A stretch of 64,000 bases of DNA from Candidatus Kapaibacterium sp. (GCA_963665665.1 OY762428.1:4736001-4800000), one strand, 5' to 3'. Positions 26,608 through 38,597 are shown, counted from the stretch's first letter. The notes: a model not told the origin generated them from the letters alone. Translations and numbers: made by a program.

Positions 26608-29301
26608 ATGGATCACACTCATTTTGAAGTTTTACAAATATTAAATGAATTTGCTGAAAATGATATTCTTTTGCTTACATTTAATGATGAAATCATTTTC
26701 TCGAAAAGATCAGCCCTTAGTGATGAAAAGATCGAAAAAATTATTTCCACCGCCAAAATAAAATTATCACAACAAAATCTAAACGAACAAGATACAAAGC
26801 TTTCTCTTTTTTCACTTCAGCTGACTGCAAGCAGAATCGAGGCTGGAGGGGAGAAGTATCTTCTTATTTCAGGAAACAAAATAAATACTGGCGATACTTT
26901 TAAAAACAGGTTCGACGATTTTAATAAGCCGGTGTTTATATTCACAGAAGATAAGCCCGTCTATATAAATAAATCCGGAAAAAAATTTATTGAAAAATTT
27001 AATATTGATTTTGGAAATACTGATACTTTAAATTTCTTATATGATAATTTTCAAAAAGATGATGCTACAGGGTTTGATGCGTTTTTATCACTATCAGGTA
27101 ACTCCATTGTTGTTTCGGTTCCGGGTGATCAACACAATTTTTTTGAAATATTGTTAATCAAAGAAATTGGAAATGATATACTGATTTTTAATAATATAAC
27201 TACTGAAAAAAATAGATTAGTCGATTTGATTGAAACAGAAAAGAAATTTGAATATATATGTTCAAATTCCATACTTTCAATGTTCATCATGCAGGACGGA
27301 AAAATAAAATTCCTTAATGACAATAGCAATATTCTTGAAGACAGGGCTAAAGAAGAGCTTGAAAGCCGAAATAATTTTGACTTTTTAAAATATATTCATC
27401 CCGAAGACAGGCCATTTGTTAAAGATCAGATAAATAAAAAACTATCAGGCAACCCTGATGCCCGGGTAAGTTATATTTTCAGGATTGTTCTTGATAATGG
27501 TGAAATAAAACATATTAATATTAAATCGCGCTTTGGGATAATTGATGGAAAGGAAACCCTGGTTGGAACGCTGAACGATATAACCGATTTACGGGAAACA
27601 AACCTGGCCTTGCTTGAAAAAGAAAGGATTCTGCAATCAATTTCCTCGGCTCTGCCCGTAGGGATTGGCTGGGTAAAAAATAGAAAATTTGTCTGGTTCA
27701 ATAAAAAATTGAATGCTATGACTGGCTATTCCGACAGCGAGCTTGAGGGAAAATCCACGAGGAAGCTATATATTTCCGAAAATGATTTTTATGCTGCCGG
27801 AGATAGGATCACAAATGTGATTCATTCTGATGATATTGATGACCTTATTGTGAAGTGGAAAAGAAAAGACGGCCGATTAATTGATGTAAGATTGACTTTT
27901 GCTCTTATCGACCAGATGGATCCCAGCGCTGGAATGATTTTCTCCTCAACAGATATTACATCAGAACTTAAGGCAGAAAAAGAACTTCTGGAAAGTGAAA
28001 AGAAATACCGTCAGTTAATTGAAGATTCTTCGGATATTATTTACAGAACCGACAAAAATGGAAGACTTTCTTTTATTAATGCTGTCGGAGAAAAAAAATA
28101 TGGTTTTTCTTACGAGAATTTTATTGGGAAAAATCCTTTGGATTTTGTTAGAGAAGACTATCAAAAAAGAGCGGGAGTCTTTTATTTACGACAATATCTG
28201 CAAAAGGTAAGGCATACATATATTGAATTACCTATAATTGACGGAAACGGGCATGAAAGGTGGATAGGACAAAATGTTCAATTGTTGTTTGATGGGGATG
28301 TGTTCAAAGGTTTCCAGGCAATATCCAGGGAAATTACAAAGAGGAAAAAAGCAGAGAACGAATTGAAACTGCTGAACAGGGATCTTGAAAAACGGGTTGA
28401 GAACCGCACTGCTATGCTTGATGAAGCTCTTAAAGATGTTAGATATGAGAATGATAAGAGGAAGATTGCCCAGAATGAGTTGATGAAAACTCATATTGAG
28501 TTGAAAATCCAAAGAGAAAGAATTGCAGATGAAGCCATGAAACTTGTTACGTTAAATGATGAGTTGTCAAAATCAGAATTAAAGCTGAAAGAGGCAAATG
28601 TATCGAAAGATAAATTCTTATCAATAATTGCCCACGACTTGAAAAATCCGCTACAGGGACTATTACTGTCGGTTGAATTACTCGTTCTGCATAAAGATAA
28701 GTATGAAGTTGAACAAATGCATCAGAAGCATGAACAAATCCTGGAACAGATAAAGATTGTACTTGATTTTCTGAAAAACCTTCTGGAATGGGCCAGAGCT
28801 CAGAGCGGAAGAATTGAATACGATCCGGATATTTATGGAATGAAGGAAATATCAGAGGATTGCATGAATCTGATACAGAATTCGGCTGATAGGAAGAATA
28901 TTGAAATAATTAATAAAATTGATGAAGATGCAATAGCTTATATTGATAAGGATATGATAAACACATGCCTGAGAAATATTTTATCAAATGCAATTAAATT
29001 TACACCTGAAGGAGGCAGTATCGAACTGTTATCGGATGATGAGAATGAATTTGCAATAATTAGAATAAAGGACAACGGCGTGGGAATTAGCAGGGATAAT
29101 ATTGAAAAGCTTTTCAAGATAGACGAGCAGTATTCTACTCCAGGTACGAACAGCGAATCAGGTACCGGGCTTGGACTTTTGATCGTAAATGAATTTATCA
29201 ACAGAAATTCAGGCAGGATTGAAGTTGAAAGTAAGGTTGGATCTGGATCTGAATTCATACTATACCTGCCCAGAATAATTTTAAAGAAAGAAGGAAAGTA
29301 G
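26608..29301 (+). CDS. Multi-PAS sensor histidine kinase (soluble, orphan)
   Basis: PAS/PAC repeats (IHPEDR, KRKDG); HisKA SIIAHDLKNPL; HATPase NAIKFT, DNGVG, GTGLGL. Confidence 0.93.
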   Translation: MDHTHFEVLQILNEFAENDILLLTFNDEIIFSKRSALSDEKIEKIISTAKIKLSQQNLNEQDTKLSLFSLQLTASRIEAGGEKYLLISGNKINTGDTFKNRFDDFNKPVFIFTEDKPVYINKSGKKFIEKFNIDFGNTDTLNFLYDNFQKDDATGFDAFLSLSGNSIVVSVPGDQHNFFEILLIKEIGNDILIFNNITTEKNRLVDLIETEKKFEYICSNSILSMFIMQDGKIKFLNDNSNILEDRAKEELESRNNFDFLKYIHPEDRPFVKDQINKKLSGNPDARVSYIFRIVLDNGEIKHINIKSRFGIIDGKETLVGTLNDITDLRETNLALLEKERILQSISSALPVGIGWVKNRKFVWFNKKLNAMTGYSDSELEGKSTRKLYISENDFYAAGDRITNVIHSDDIDDLIVKWKRKDGRLIDVRLTFALIDQMDPSAGMIFSSTDITSELKAEKELLESEKKYRQLIEDSSDIIYRTDKNGRLSFINAVGEKKYGFSYENFIGKNPLDFVREDYQKRAGVFYLRQYLQKVRHTYIELPIIDGNGHERWIGQNVQLLFDGDVFKGFQAISREITKRKKAENELKLLNRDLEKRVENRTAMLDEALKDVRYENDKRKIAQNELMKTHIELKIQRERIADEAMKLVTLNDELSKSELKLKEANVSKDKFLSIIAHDLKNPLQGLLLSVELLVLHKDKYEVEQMHQKHEQILEQIKIVLDFLKNLLEWARAQSGRIEYDPDIYGMKEISEDCMNLIQNSADRKNIEIINKIDEDAIAYIDKDMINTCLRNILSNAIKFTPEGGSIELLSDDENEFAIIRIKDNGVGISRDNIEKLFKIDEQYSTPGTNSESGTGLGLLIVNEFINRNSGRIEVESKVGSGSEFILYLPRIILKKEGK

Positions 29302-29601
29302 TTAATATTCATGCCCTGATATTAGGGTACAAAAGATAATAACCAGGGAACTTTCAACAATTATTTCCAGTTTCAGTTTGTAGAAATATTGTTTTCTTTT
29401 CCATAATATAGTACAAACCGTGTCTGATCAGAATAATCCTTATCAGTTTTGCCAGGTATTATGTTTTTTTGTAAAAGTATTTATGGGCCAATACCTTAAG
29501 AAATATTGAATAGTTGTGGACAACTTCTGTTTTAAGAATTAATAACAATCTATTAATTTTGTAATTGGCGTTTAACGGATTTTTATAAATAAGTATGTTG
29601 T

Positions 29602-30318
29602 ATGTACAAAATTAGCCTGCCGAATTTCGAGGGACCTTTTGATCTTCTACTTTTCTTTATCAGAAAAGAGGAGTTGAATATATATGATATACCCATTTAT
29701 AAAATTACCCGGGAATTTCTTAATTATGTAAGGCTTATGCAGCTATTTGATCTTGAGCTTGCCGGAGAATTTCTTGTAATGGCGGCTACACTAATGCAAA
29801 TAAAAACTAAATTATTGCTGCCTAAGGATGAAAAGGATGGCGAGGAGATTGAAGATCCGCGTACACCGCTTATCGAGAGACTGCTGGAATACAAGCAATT
29901 CAAATTAGCGGGGGGAGAGCTTGCAGAAAAATTTGACGACCAGAAATATACTTATTATCGACAGATATTTGAACAGGACGAAAAAATTGCCGCAAACAGC
30001 GGAAATTTTATGAATGCCACTTTGTTCCACCTGATGCGGGCTTTCAAGGCTGTTATGGAACGCAGTAAGGAAGAACCACTTTCACACGTAGTGGAAATGA
30101 TACCTGTTACTGTCGAGGAAAAAACATTGCAGATTAAAAAACTTCTAAAGAGCAGGCCCAGGGTGAATTTCTTTCAGTTAACAACCGGAGAGCCCCGTAT
30201 AAATGTAATTGTTACATTTCTTGCTTTGCTTGAAATGATAAAAAACCGCCTCGTGTTTATCACACAGGATGAAAATTTTGAAGATATTGTTATTGCCCGG
30301 AGGCCGGACACAAATTAG
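29602..30318 (+). CDS. scpA: Segregation and condensation protein A
   Basis: FEGPFDLLL...IYDIPI; VTFLALLEM C-terminal winged helix. Confidence 0.95.
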   Translation: MYKISLPNFEGPFDLLLFFIRKEELNIYDIPIYKITREFLNYVRLMQLFDLELAGEFLVMAATLMQIKTKLLLPKDEKDGEEIEDPRTPLIERLLEYKQFKLAGGELAEKFDDQKYTYYRQIFEQDEKIAANSGNFMNATLFHLMRAFKAVMERSKEEPLSHVVEMIPVTVEEKTLQIKKLLKSRPRVNFFQLTTGEPRINVIVTFLALLEMIKNRLVFITQDENFEDIVIARRPDTN

Positions 30319-30326
30319 GATAAGAA

Positions 30327-31127
30327 ATGGATAATATTCATAAACCATATTTTTTTAAACTAAGCCGCGAGGAGCAAAAATCTGCCCTCGAAGCTTTAAT
30401 CTTTGCTTCTGATGATCCGGTTACAACCGGTATTATGAGGAAAATTCTTCTCGAGACTAAAATGGATTACACCAAATTTGCTGATGAACCTGATCCTGAA
30501 GATAAAAGAACTGGTATCGAGGATGAATTGCCTGAAAACTATTTCGAAGAACTAATTGATGAAATTAACGCTGACCTGACTGAATCCGGAAGGCCGTTTG
30601 AAATTGTGTATAATGCTTCCGGGTATCAATTTGCAACAAGGCAGGAATTTGGCGAAATAATTCATAACCTGATAAGGACAAGGGCAAAAAAAAGACTAAC
30701 TCAAGCTTCCTTAGAAGTACTGTCTATTGTATCGTACAGGCAGCCGGTAACCAAGCCTGAAATTGATCAGATAAGAGGAGTAAAATCATCAGAAGTACTG
30801 AATACCCTTGTTGATAAAAATCTCGTTAAAATTGTTGGCCGTAGCGATGCCCTCGGACGTCCGTTACTTTACGGTACTACAACTGAATTTTTAAGAACAT
30901 TTGGCCTTAACTCCCTCCAGGACCTGCCCAGGCTTCGCGAACTTGAAGAATTGATGGAAGATGATGAATTTAACAAACGCCGGGATCAGATAACTTTGCA
31001 TGTGGACGACGGCGACATGGAAAAACTTAGGGAAACTGTTAAGACTCAGAATATACTTGATACAGAGAAAATTGACGAAGAAATCCAAAAACTTGAAGAA
31101 AACGGCAGCGACATCGAAGAAAATTAA
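30327..31127 (+). CDS. scpB: SMC-Scp complex subunit ScpB
   Basis: LEALIFAS, YRQPVTKPEIDQIRGV, GRPLLYGTTTEFLRTFGL. Confidence 0.95.
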   Translation: MDNIHKPYFFKLSREEQKSALEALIFASDDPVTTGIMRKILLETKMDYTKFADEPDPEDKRTGIEDELPENYFEELIDEINADLTESGRPFEIVYNASGYQFATRQEFGEIIHNLIRTRAKKRLTQASLEVLSIVSYRQPVTKPEIDQIRGVKSSEVLNTLVDKNLVKIVGRSDALGRPLLYGTTTEFLRTFGLNSLQDLPRLRELEELMEDDEFNKRRDQITLHVDDGDMEKLRETVKTQNILDTEKIDEEIQKLEENGSDIEEN

Positions 31128-31202
31128 TTATTTGAATTTGAAATTAGTATCATTCTTAATTATTAATATTCAGTCTGAAAACTGAATACTTGATACCGTT
31201 AC

Positions 31203-32831
31203 TTACTCATCCTGGTATCCTGCCGGGAGTCCCGGCGAGACCATTACCACTTCCTCACGTGCAATAACTACCGATCCGGTGTTTGCTCCCTTGGGCTTTC
31301 GAACGTATTTCTTAAATGTATAAGCAACGGGAGTATACTTGGCTTTCCTTGCCTGTGAGTAATACGCTGCTACAGCTGCTGCTTTTTTAATGATTTGTTT
31401 GTTGGGTTTCTGCCCTTTGTCAATCCTGATTACAGCATGAGAACCACCGCTGCCTCTGGCATGAAGCCATATATCATTCGGTTTTGCAAAGCGCATAGTC
31501 AACTCGTCGTTGTTGGCTGCATTTTTTCCAACGTAAAGCATAAAACCGTCGCCAAGGTCAAATTGTCTGAATTTATCTTCCATTGTCATATTCTTTTTTA
31601 AGTTTTTAATACCAAGTAAATCCTTATTTCTAAGCTCAAATTTCTCAAGAGCTTTAACCGTTTCCAGTTTTTCAAGTTCTGTCTTTGCTTTTACAAATGC
31701 ATCAAATCTTGCCTTGATTTCCGGAATTCTTTTCTTCCTGACATTTAGTTCCTCCTTAGTCGATCTTGCCTTATCATAATATCTGCTGCTGTTCTCTATC
31801 AGGTTCTTTTTTTCATCAAGTGGAACTGAAATATCTGTACCGTCATAGTTAGTAAGAGTTATTTCCTTTCCGGGACGCTGGCGTGGATTAGGAACGGCTG
31901 CCAGTAATTCCGCATAAAGCCTGTATTTAATCTCTCTTTCCCTTGCCGGAGCTTCATCTTGCATTAGTTCCAGGTTTTTCCTGTTTTTGTTTACCCCACG
32001 ATCAATTTTTTTCTGAATTTCTTTCTTCAGAGTTATAAAAGTTTTATCCCTGAAATATGAAGAAATTTTTCTGCTTATGGCATCGCTTACCGAATCAAAA
32101 TCAAGAATTGTTTCAGGGTATGCAGTGAGCGGTATCAGGGAAAGTATAAAATTATCTTTCTTATCCTTCAATATAAAACATTCATCGCTGTTCACTATCT
32201 TATCGGCAAATTCCTTTGCTTCTGATTCCATGCGTAATAATCCTCTTTCGCTGAAAGAATCGATTGTCGAATCCGGATCAATTTCATTAATTGTACAAAA
32301 CTCTCTGGCGTAATATTTTCCAAGTTTTAAATCAGATTTAGCCAGTTGGTTTATAATTTTGTCCTCAGACTGAAACTGCCAAAATGATTTCATCCCGGCA
32401 ACTGGTTTTTCGTAATTGCTGCCAATCAGCTGGTCCTTATTTTTAAGAGAATCAATTATCCTGCCTCCGGGAGTTAATACAAAAATATTGGAGTTTGGCC
32501 CCCCGAATATATGAGCAATAAGAATTGTGTTTATAAACCGGAACTCAAATATACGGTTGTTTTCAATTAGTATCACCTCCTGCAGCACTTCGCCCTTCAA
32601 ATCATCGAAAATATCAACTGTATTTTTTCCGGCCCTCCTGAAACCACGCCGTAAATATATTGACGAGCTTCCCGGCCTGGCATCAAATTGAAGGGGAATA
32701 AAATCATCTCCTTTGTCGAAATATAATACACAACTGTCCTTTTCCTGGGTAAATATTTCTGCCAGGGATAAACCAATCAGGGAGTTGAATTCTTTTAGCA
32801 ATGCTGCAAGTGTGAAATTGTGTTTTATCAT
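31203..32831 (-). CDS. rqcH: NFACT/RqcH (FbpA-like) ribosome quality-control protein
   Basis: Coiled coil with YYDKAR; C-terminal NFACT-R VGKNAANNDELT, DIWLHARGSGGSH, VRKPKG. Confidence 0.82.
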   Translation of the reverse strand: MIKHNFTLAALLKEFNSLIGLSLAEIFTQEKDSCVLYFDKGDDFIPLQFDARPGSSSIYLRRGFRRAGKNTVDIFDDLKGEVLQEVILIENNRIFEFRFINTILIAHIFGGPNSNIFVLTPGGRIIDSLKNKDQLIGSNYEKPVAGMKSFWQFQSEDKIINQLAKSDLKLGKYYAREFCTINEIDPDSTIDSFSERGLLRMESEAKEFADKIVNSDECFILKDKKDNFILSLIPLTAYPETILDFDSVSDAISRKISSYFRDKTFITLKKEIQKKIDRGVNKNRKNLELMQDEAPAREREIKYRLYAELLAAVPNPRQRPGKEITLTNYDGTDISVPLDEKKNLIENSSRYYDKARSTKEELNVRKKRIPEIKARFDAFVKAKTELEKLETVKALEKFELRNKDLLGIKNLKKNMTMEDKFRQFDLGDGFMLYVGKNAANNDELTMRFAKPNDIWLHARGSGGSHAVIRIDKGQKPNKQIIKKAAAVAAYYSQARKAKYTPVAYTFKKYVRKPKGANTGSVVIAREEVVMVSPGLPAGYQDE

Positions 32832-32918
32832 TGAAGTTTTATTTAACTAAAAAAAATCATTATTTTGAATTTTACAATATTCAAAAATAATCTTTTGATT
32901 GATAAACCCGAAAATATT

Positions 32919-33842
32919 ATGCAAAAAAAAATTGAAAAAACGATAAAACCGAGTGTTTCCAAAACAGGATATATATCCGGCAGACTTGAAATTGATATTA
33001 AGGAATTCGTTCTTTACTCATTTCATAAATCCCTGAACTATTATTATGAGCGCAGAGATGAATGTCTTGCAGAATTTTCGGAAATAAGTGTACATGATTT
33101 CAGGGTAACAGTTAGGAGACTGATGTCTTTTCTTGAATTGATGAATGAATTGTATTCCTCGGAATACAAGGATAAATTGATCAGCCTATTGTCTGTGCAA
33201 ATGAAATATTTCTCAGCTCTAAGGGATACCCAGGTTCAGATACTCTTGATTCAGCAATTAAAGGAAAAACTATCGCATTTGAATATTTTCTTCTTCCATC
33301 TTTTGAAAAAAGAGCAGGAACATATATATAAAATTCAGCAGAAAATTCCTTTGCTTATTTCTCCTGAATTTGATGAAACAATAAAACAATATGAAAAAGA
33401 ACTCCGGGATGTGGTTATCCCTGAAATAAATGATATTGAACAATTTTTTCTGACAATTGATAAAGCTTATTGCAGGTGCAGCGAATTAATTTCAAAACTC
33501 AACCCTGCCAATGCGCATACTATCCACGAACTGCGTCTTGCATTTAAAAAATTCAGATATATGGTAGAACATACCAGGGAATTAAACCTTATCAACGACC
33601 AGAAAATGAAAAAATTCAAAAAATTTCAGGACCTGATGGGTGCGGTGCAGGACAGTGAAGTCTTGCAAAAGAGGCTGAAAAAATTCTTCAATAAATATGA
33701 TATGATCCCAGAGTCCTGCGTAAAAGAAATATTGGACTACTTTAATTCAGATGAGCAATCAAAAATCTCAAAATTTATTGATAAGGCCGACGGGATAAAT
33801 CAGTTGTGGAATGTTCCAAAGAAAAGAATAAATCCGGCCTGA
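32919..33842 (+). CDS. CHAD-domain (polyphosphate-binding) protein
   Basis: VHDFRVTVRRL, RDTQV, IHELRLAFKKFRY, QDLMGAVQD motifs. Confidence 0.88.
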   Translation: MQKKIEKTIKPSVSKTGYISGRLEIDIKEFVLYSFHKSLNYYYERRDECLAEFSEISVHDFRVTVRRLMSFLELMNELYSSEYKDKLISLLSVQMKYFSALRDTQVQILLIQQLKEKLSHLNIFFFHLLKKEQEHIYKIQQKIPLLISPEFDETIKQYEKELRDVVIPEINDIEQFFLTIDKAYCRCSELISKLNPANAHTIHELRLAFKKFRYMVEHTRELNLINDQKMKKFKKFQDLMGAVQDSEVLQKRLKKFFNKYDMIPESCVKEILDYFNSDEQSKISKFIDKADGINQLWNVPKKRINPA

Positions 33843-34262
33843 TAATGCTTAGGGGCGATTGCGTTTCACTCGGAATACTTGCGAAACCTGCACACATTTG
33901 GCGTAAACCTTCGTGAAAAGGAAAAAAAAGAAACAAGACGAAAACGCAAATCCGGAACAATAAATCTTATCAATTAATTTATCGCCTCGAATAAGACTAT
34001 TTAAGCAAAATTGCGGACAGCTATATCCTGATTATCAGGGTAAGCTGTAATTTTATTGTGTTTTTTCATCGTCATATTGGTTGTACTCGATTATTTTTGA
34101 TTTCCCGGAATATTTTGTCCTGACTAAATTCAATTTCAATGAAAATTACTCCGGAATCTGATCATATTCCAGCTTTTCGTTCCGGCACTAATTAATATTC
34201 TTTTACATTAAATCATTCCACAAAAAAATAATTGCTTCTTAATTATTTCAATTTTATTTCTG

Positions 34263-34862
34263 CTATTCGGAAGCCCCAACCATTAAATTATTCTTTTTAA
34301 ATATTTTCCTTATCCTTAGCAAATCAGCAGGACATCTCCGGTAAAGTATAAAAGAAATAACTATCAACAATACCATTGGAATAAAATTTGATATTGATAA
34401 CATCTGAACAATATCTCCATTGTTTTCGGTCATTACACTGAATTCACTGCTTCCCATGGTAAAACTCAAAACCCCGAGCATGAATACTGATAAGTAGGCA
34501 TTCTCTGTTTCTTTATATACTAAAACCAAAGACAATATATTAAAAGCAGGAATAAGTAAGATCATAAAAACAGCCCATAATAAAATGACTTCATATTCCA
34601 GGATTAGTGATATTCCCGACAAAACCTTCATAGCTAAGAAAAACCAGAGTAGAACCTTCAATATCATTTTCAGTTGGGGATAATCCTTCATTTCATACAT
34701 CATTTTTATCCTGCCCGTCAGCCCGCGGATATCTCTTTCAGTATATTTGTTGTTCAGGGCATGAACAACTTCATCTTCGATTTTTCCTTCGGATAAAAGG
34801 CCATGTATTTCCATAATCCCGGTTTCATATCTTTCCTTCGTTCCTGCAATAGGTAATCTCAT
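34263..34862 (-). CDS. Hypothetical membrane protein
   Basis: 199 aa with four hydrophobic segments. Confidence 0.7.
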   Translation of the reverse strand: MRLPIAGTKERYETGIMEIHGLLSEGKIEDEVVHALNNKYTERDIRGLTGRIKMMYEMKDYPQLKMILKVLLWFFLAMKVLSGISLILEYEVILLWAVFMILLIPAFNILSLVLVYKETENAYLSVFMLGVLSFTMGSSEFSVMTENNGDIVQMLSISNFIPMVLLIVISFILYRRCPADLLRIRKIFKKNNLMVGASE

Positions 34863-35065
34863 TATAAAATCCTGAATAAATCTCTTAACATATTTTAATA
34901 TTTTAAAAATTAAAAAAAATCATTTATAGCAAGGTTCTGCTTATAGAAAATTGTTCTCTGCCATGTTTTAAAATAAGGAATTTAAAATTCAATCAATATA
35001 ACCAAAGGGTAACCCATCAGACTTTGTTAAATTCATTTATGATCCAAAATAACGCCTGAAAAGTG

Positions 35066-35152
35066 GCATTCTGATCGAGTTTGCGAGTGAAGAATCAGGA
35101 AGAAACAGCCGAAAATTCTGATGAATGGATTCTTCGCGGCGCTCAGAATGAC
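35066..35152. repeat. REP-like palindrome (GTCATTCTGAGC...GCTCAGAATGAC family)
   Basis: GCATTCTGA...GAAGAATC ... GATTCTTC...CTCAGAATGAC nested inverted repeat downstream of pgi. Confidence 0.7.
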
Positions 35153-35202
35153 CGCTTTGTATAGTTTTTCCATATTTCCAAAATCCAACTGAATAGTTAT
35201 CG

Positions 35203-36843
35203 TTATTTTGATTCCTTGTAGAAGTTTATCAATCCGTTTGTAGAGGAATCGTGGCTGGTAACTTCATTTTCATTTTCAAGTTCTGGCAAAATATTTCTTG
35301 CCAGTATTTTTCCAAGTTCAACACCCCACTGGTCAAAAGAGTTTATATTCCATATATGCCCCTGAACAAATACTTTATGTTCATACATGGATATCAGCAT
35401 ACCAAGTGTTTCAGGGCATAGTTTTTTATACATAATAGAATTACTTGGTTTGTTTCCTTCGAAAATTTTATGAGCTAATAATTCTTCAAGTTCCTTTCCG
35501 TCCAAACCTTTACTTTTCAGTTCATTCATCGCTTCGGCCTGGGTTTTGCCTTTCATCAGGGCTTCTGTCTGGGCAAAGAAATTTGAAAGAAAAACATTAT
35601 GGTGATTGCCTATATGGTTATGTGGAATTGCTGGGGCAAGGAAGTCTGCCGGGATCAACCTGCTGCCCTGGTGTATCAGCTGAAAAAACGAATGCTGGGC
35701 ATTTGTGCCGGCGGCACCCCAAATTACAGGCCCGGTAGAATAATTCACTCTGTTACCTTCTCTGTCGATTGTTTTTCCGTTACTTTCCATATCCAGTTGC
35801 TGAATATAATCCGGCAGCTTGGCTAAGTAGTGGTCATAAGGTATAACCGCATGGCTGTCAGCGCCGAAAAAATTAGTGTACCATATTCCCAGAAGGCCAA
35901 GAATAACAGGTATATTTCTGTCGAATGGAGCCTCGCGGAAATGTATATCCATTTTATTTGCTCCCGAAAGCAGGGCAAGGAAATTATCCATACCCACATA
36001 AAGGGCGATAGACATACCAATTGCAGACCACAAAGAGTAGCGTCCGCCTACCCAGTCCCAGAATTCAAACATGTTTGCCGGGTCTATCCCGAATTCAACT
36101 ACAGCGTCTGTATTAGTTGAAAGGGCAATAAAATGTTTGCTTATGTCATCCAGGTTAGTTTCTTCTTTCCTTAAAAACCACTCTCTTGCTGTCATGGCAT
36201 TAGTTATTGTTTCCTGGGTAGTAAATGATTTGGAAGCAATAATAAAGAGAGTTGTTTCCGGGTTCAGCTGCTTCAATGTTTCGTGAATGGCATTGCCGTC
36301 CACATTTGAAACAAAATGCATATTCAACCCCGGTTTTGAATATGGCCTAAGAGCATTGCAAACCATTTCAGGGCCAAGATGAGAACCACCGATACCAATA
36401 TTCACAATATCAGTTATCGTCATACCACTGAAGCCAAGCCATTGGCCTTCATGAAGTTTTTCTACAAAATCAGACATTTTGTCCAGTTCTTTCCTGATAA
36501 CCGGAATTATATCATTATTATCCAACGAAATGCGTGTGTCGGCAGGGGCGCGTAATGCCGTATGAAGAACAGCCCTTTTTTCAGTCCAATTGATTTTCTC
36601 ACCACGAAACATTGATTCGATAGCGCTATCCAGGTCTGTTTCTTCCGCCAGTTCAACCAGGAGTGCTAATATTTCCTTGGTGATAATATTTTTCGAAAAA
36701 TCGAAAAGAATATTCTCAAATCTGATACTGAATGTATCAAACCTTGATTGATCTTTTTCGAACAATTCCCGCATTTGTAAGTTTGCTGCATAATTGAAAC
36801 TATTTTCGAGCTTTTTCCATGCTTTGGTATTTACAGGACTCAT
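35203..36843 (-). CDS. pgi: Glucose-6-phosphate isomerase
   Basis: [41 protein letters not shown]; ATG at 36843 preferred as start. Confidence 0.97.
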   Translation of the reverse strand: MSPVNTKAWKKLENSFNYAANLQMRELFEKDQSRFDTFSIRFENILFDFSKNIITKEILALLVELAEETDLDSAIESMFRGEKINWTEKRAVLHTALRAPADTRISLDNNDIIPVIRKELDKMSDFVEKLHEGQWLGFSGMTITDIVNIGIGGSHLGPEMVCNALRPYSKPGLNMHFVSNVDGNAIHETLKQLNPETTLFIIASKSFTTQETITNAMTAREWFLRKEETNLDDISKHFIALSTNTDAVVEFGIDPANMFEFWDWVGGRYSLWSAIGMSIALYVGMDNFLALLSGANKMDIHFREAPFDRNIPVILGLLGIWYTNFFGADSHAVIPYDHYLAKLPDYIQQLDMESNGKTIDREGNRVNYSTGPVIWGAAGTNAQHSFFQLIHQGSRLIPADFLAPAIPHNHIGNHHNVFLSNFFAQTEALMKGKTQAEAMNELKSKGLDGKELEELLAHKIFEGNKPSNSIMYKKLCPETLGMLISMYEHKVFVQGHIWNINSFDQWGVELGKILARNILPELENENEVTSHDSSTNGLINFYKESK

Positions 36844-36989
36844 AGTATCTCCGGGTGATTCAATTCTGAATTCAGTTTGTAAAGAAGTTATCAATATAAA
36901 TTTACAGGAAAAAATTTATAAACACAATTAATAATGGATAATTTAGGGAGTAAGAAGAAAGTAAAATCCCGGAAGAATTAATTTAGTGT

Positions 36990-38597
36990 TTATTCATAAT
37001 CAAATTCAAGCCCGAATAAAGAAGGAGGCCTGAATTCATGATTGCGAAAAGCAGAGAATAATTGATTGGTTGTAAATATTATCCCTGCGAATTTCTTCTC
37101 ATCGAAATTAAATGCAAAATCGAACCTGTATATGCTTGATTCTCCGAATGATGTCATGTTATGAAAACGGATTCCTATTCCTGCGGAATTATGCCATCGG
37201 GTATCTTTCAAATGTGTATCCTGCCGCCAAACCGATCCAAGATCGTAAAAAGCAACGGCAGACAATTTTAATTTTGCCAGTTCCCAGCCCGGAAAAGCTC
37301 TCAACTCCAGATTGGCGATCATTCTGTTATCGCCGGCGAGGTCGTTTGCGCTGTATCCGCGCAGCCCGGCATCATTATCAAGTATTAACTGACGTAATGC
37401 ACCCCAGTTCCATACTGCCTGCTCACGAACCCTTGCTGCAAGTAGAAATACCGAAGACAACCTGTAGAAGCCAAGGCCGAGAAATTCCTGATATGTGTAG
37501 ACTCCGTTTGCACGCTTAAATCCGCTGGCACCGGTTATCTGCCCGAATAAATAAATATTATCGCTGAAATAGGAACGTTCGCCCTGGCCAGCTATGTAGT
37601 AAAGCCCCTCGCCCCTGTGGCCAATGGGGAATGTTTTACCAAGAATGGCAGTACCCCAGCCACCAACAGGCATATCTTCGTCATGATATGTATTGATTTT
37701 TTTTGTTTTGATAAATTCCCTTGCAACCGAAGAAAATGCAAGGAAGAATTTGCCGGAATTATCAAAGGCCCTTCTGTATTCCGGACTGTACCTGTCAACA
37801 TCTTCCCATTCCAGGCCTATTGTGGCGAAAACTCTGTCCTGTTTCCACCAGGCTTTAGATACCCAGGCAGAAATACGCCTTTCGTGGAAAGACATAAGAT
37901 TGAAGGAATCCTTTGTATTGTAAAGGAAATCTTTGCCAAAAGAATTTAATCCGTTCAACCCGAATGAATATTCTGTTTCCTCAGTCCTGTACGGCTTATT
38001 TATTGTAAAAAGCTGGTCTGTTCTGTATTTATTTGCTATCAGAATCATGGATAGCCCCAATTCTGAACGGAACAGCCTTCTTTGTGCCAATTCAAAAGCC
38101 CCCTGCCATTTTATGTTGTTTTCCGTTCTGTAAAGCCCTTCAACTGATAGTCTGGTTCCGGTGCCAAGCAGATTAAGTTCTTCAAGCCGTCCCCCGTAAT
38201 TGCTTTCGCCACCGCCAGTTCCCAGTAGCAGGCTTGGCTGGGTTGACCAGCGTTCCCGGGTAACGATATAAACATCATATTCATCATCACTAACCGAATC
38301 AAGTTCAATTTTTACTTCGGAAAAAAGCCCGGTTTTTCTAAGATTTCTTTCTGTTTCAGCAAGTGTGAACGGATCAATTTCATCTTCAATATCAAATAGA
38401 AGCTCGTCTTCAATAATATAGTTTTTTGTCATTACGTGTAGTGCATTCATCCACTTATAAGCAAAAAATCTGTGAGCTTCTGTAGAATCAAATACATTTA
38501 CCCTGTCAAAATAAATATTTCCTACGTAGACCTGTGATAAAACAGGAGCGCAGGAAAAAAGCAGCAATAATAAAAAAAATAATCTTTTCACGATCAT
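36990..38597 (-). CDS. Omp85/BamA-TamA family outer-membrane protein
   Basis: Signal peptide; POTRA-like ETERNLRKTGLFSEV; LRGY motif; AFYDLGSVW beta-barrel end. Confidence 0.78.
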   Translation of the reverse strand: MIVKRLFFLLLLLFSCAPVLSQVYVGNIYFDRVNVFDSTEAHRFFAYKWMNALHVMTKNYIIEDELLFDIEDEIDPFTLAETERNLRKTGLFSEVKIELDSVSDDEYDVYIVTRERWSTQPSLLLGTGGGESNYGGRLEELNLLGTGTRLSVEGLYRTENNIKWQGAFELAQRRLFRSELGLSMILIANKYRTDQLFTINKPYRTEETEYSFGLNGLNSFGKDFLYNTKDSFNLMSFHERRISAWVSKAWWKQDRVFATIGLEWEDVDRYSPEYRRAFDNSGKFFLAFSSVAREFIKTKKINTYHDEDMPVGGWGTAILGKTFPIGHRGEGLYYIAGQGERSYFSDNIYLFGQITGASGFKRANGVYTYQEFLGLGFYRLSSVFLLAARVREQAVWNWGALRQLILDNDAGLRGYSANDLAGDNRMIANLELRAFPGWELAKLKLSAVAFYDLGSVWRQDTHLKDTRWHNSAGIGIRFHNMTSFGESSIYRFDFAFNFDEKKFAGIIFTTNQLFSAFRNHEFRPPSLFGLEFDYE

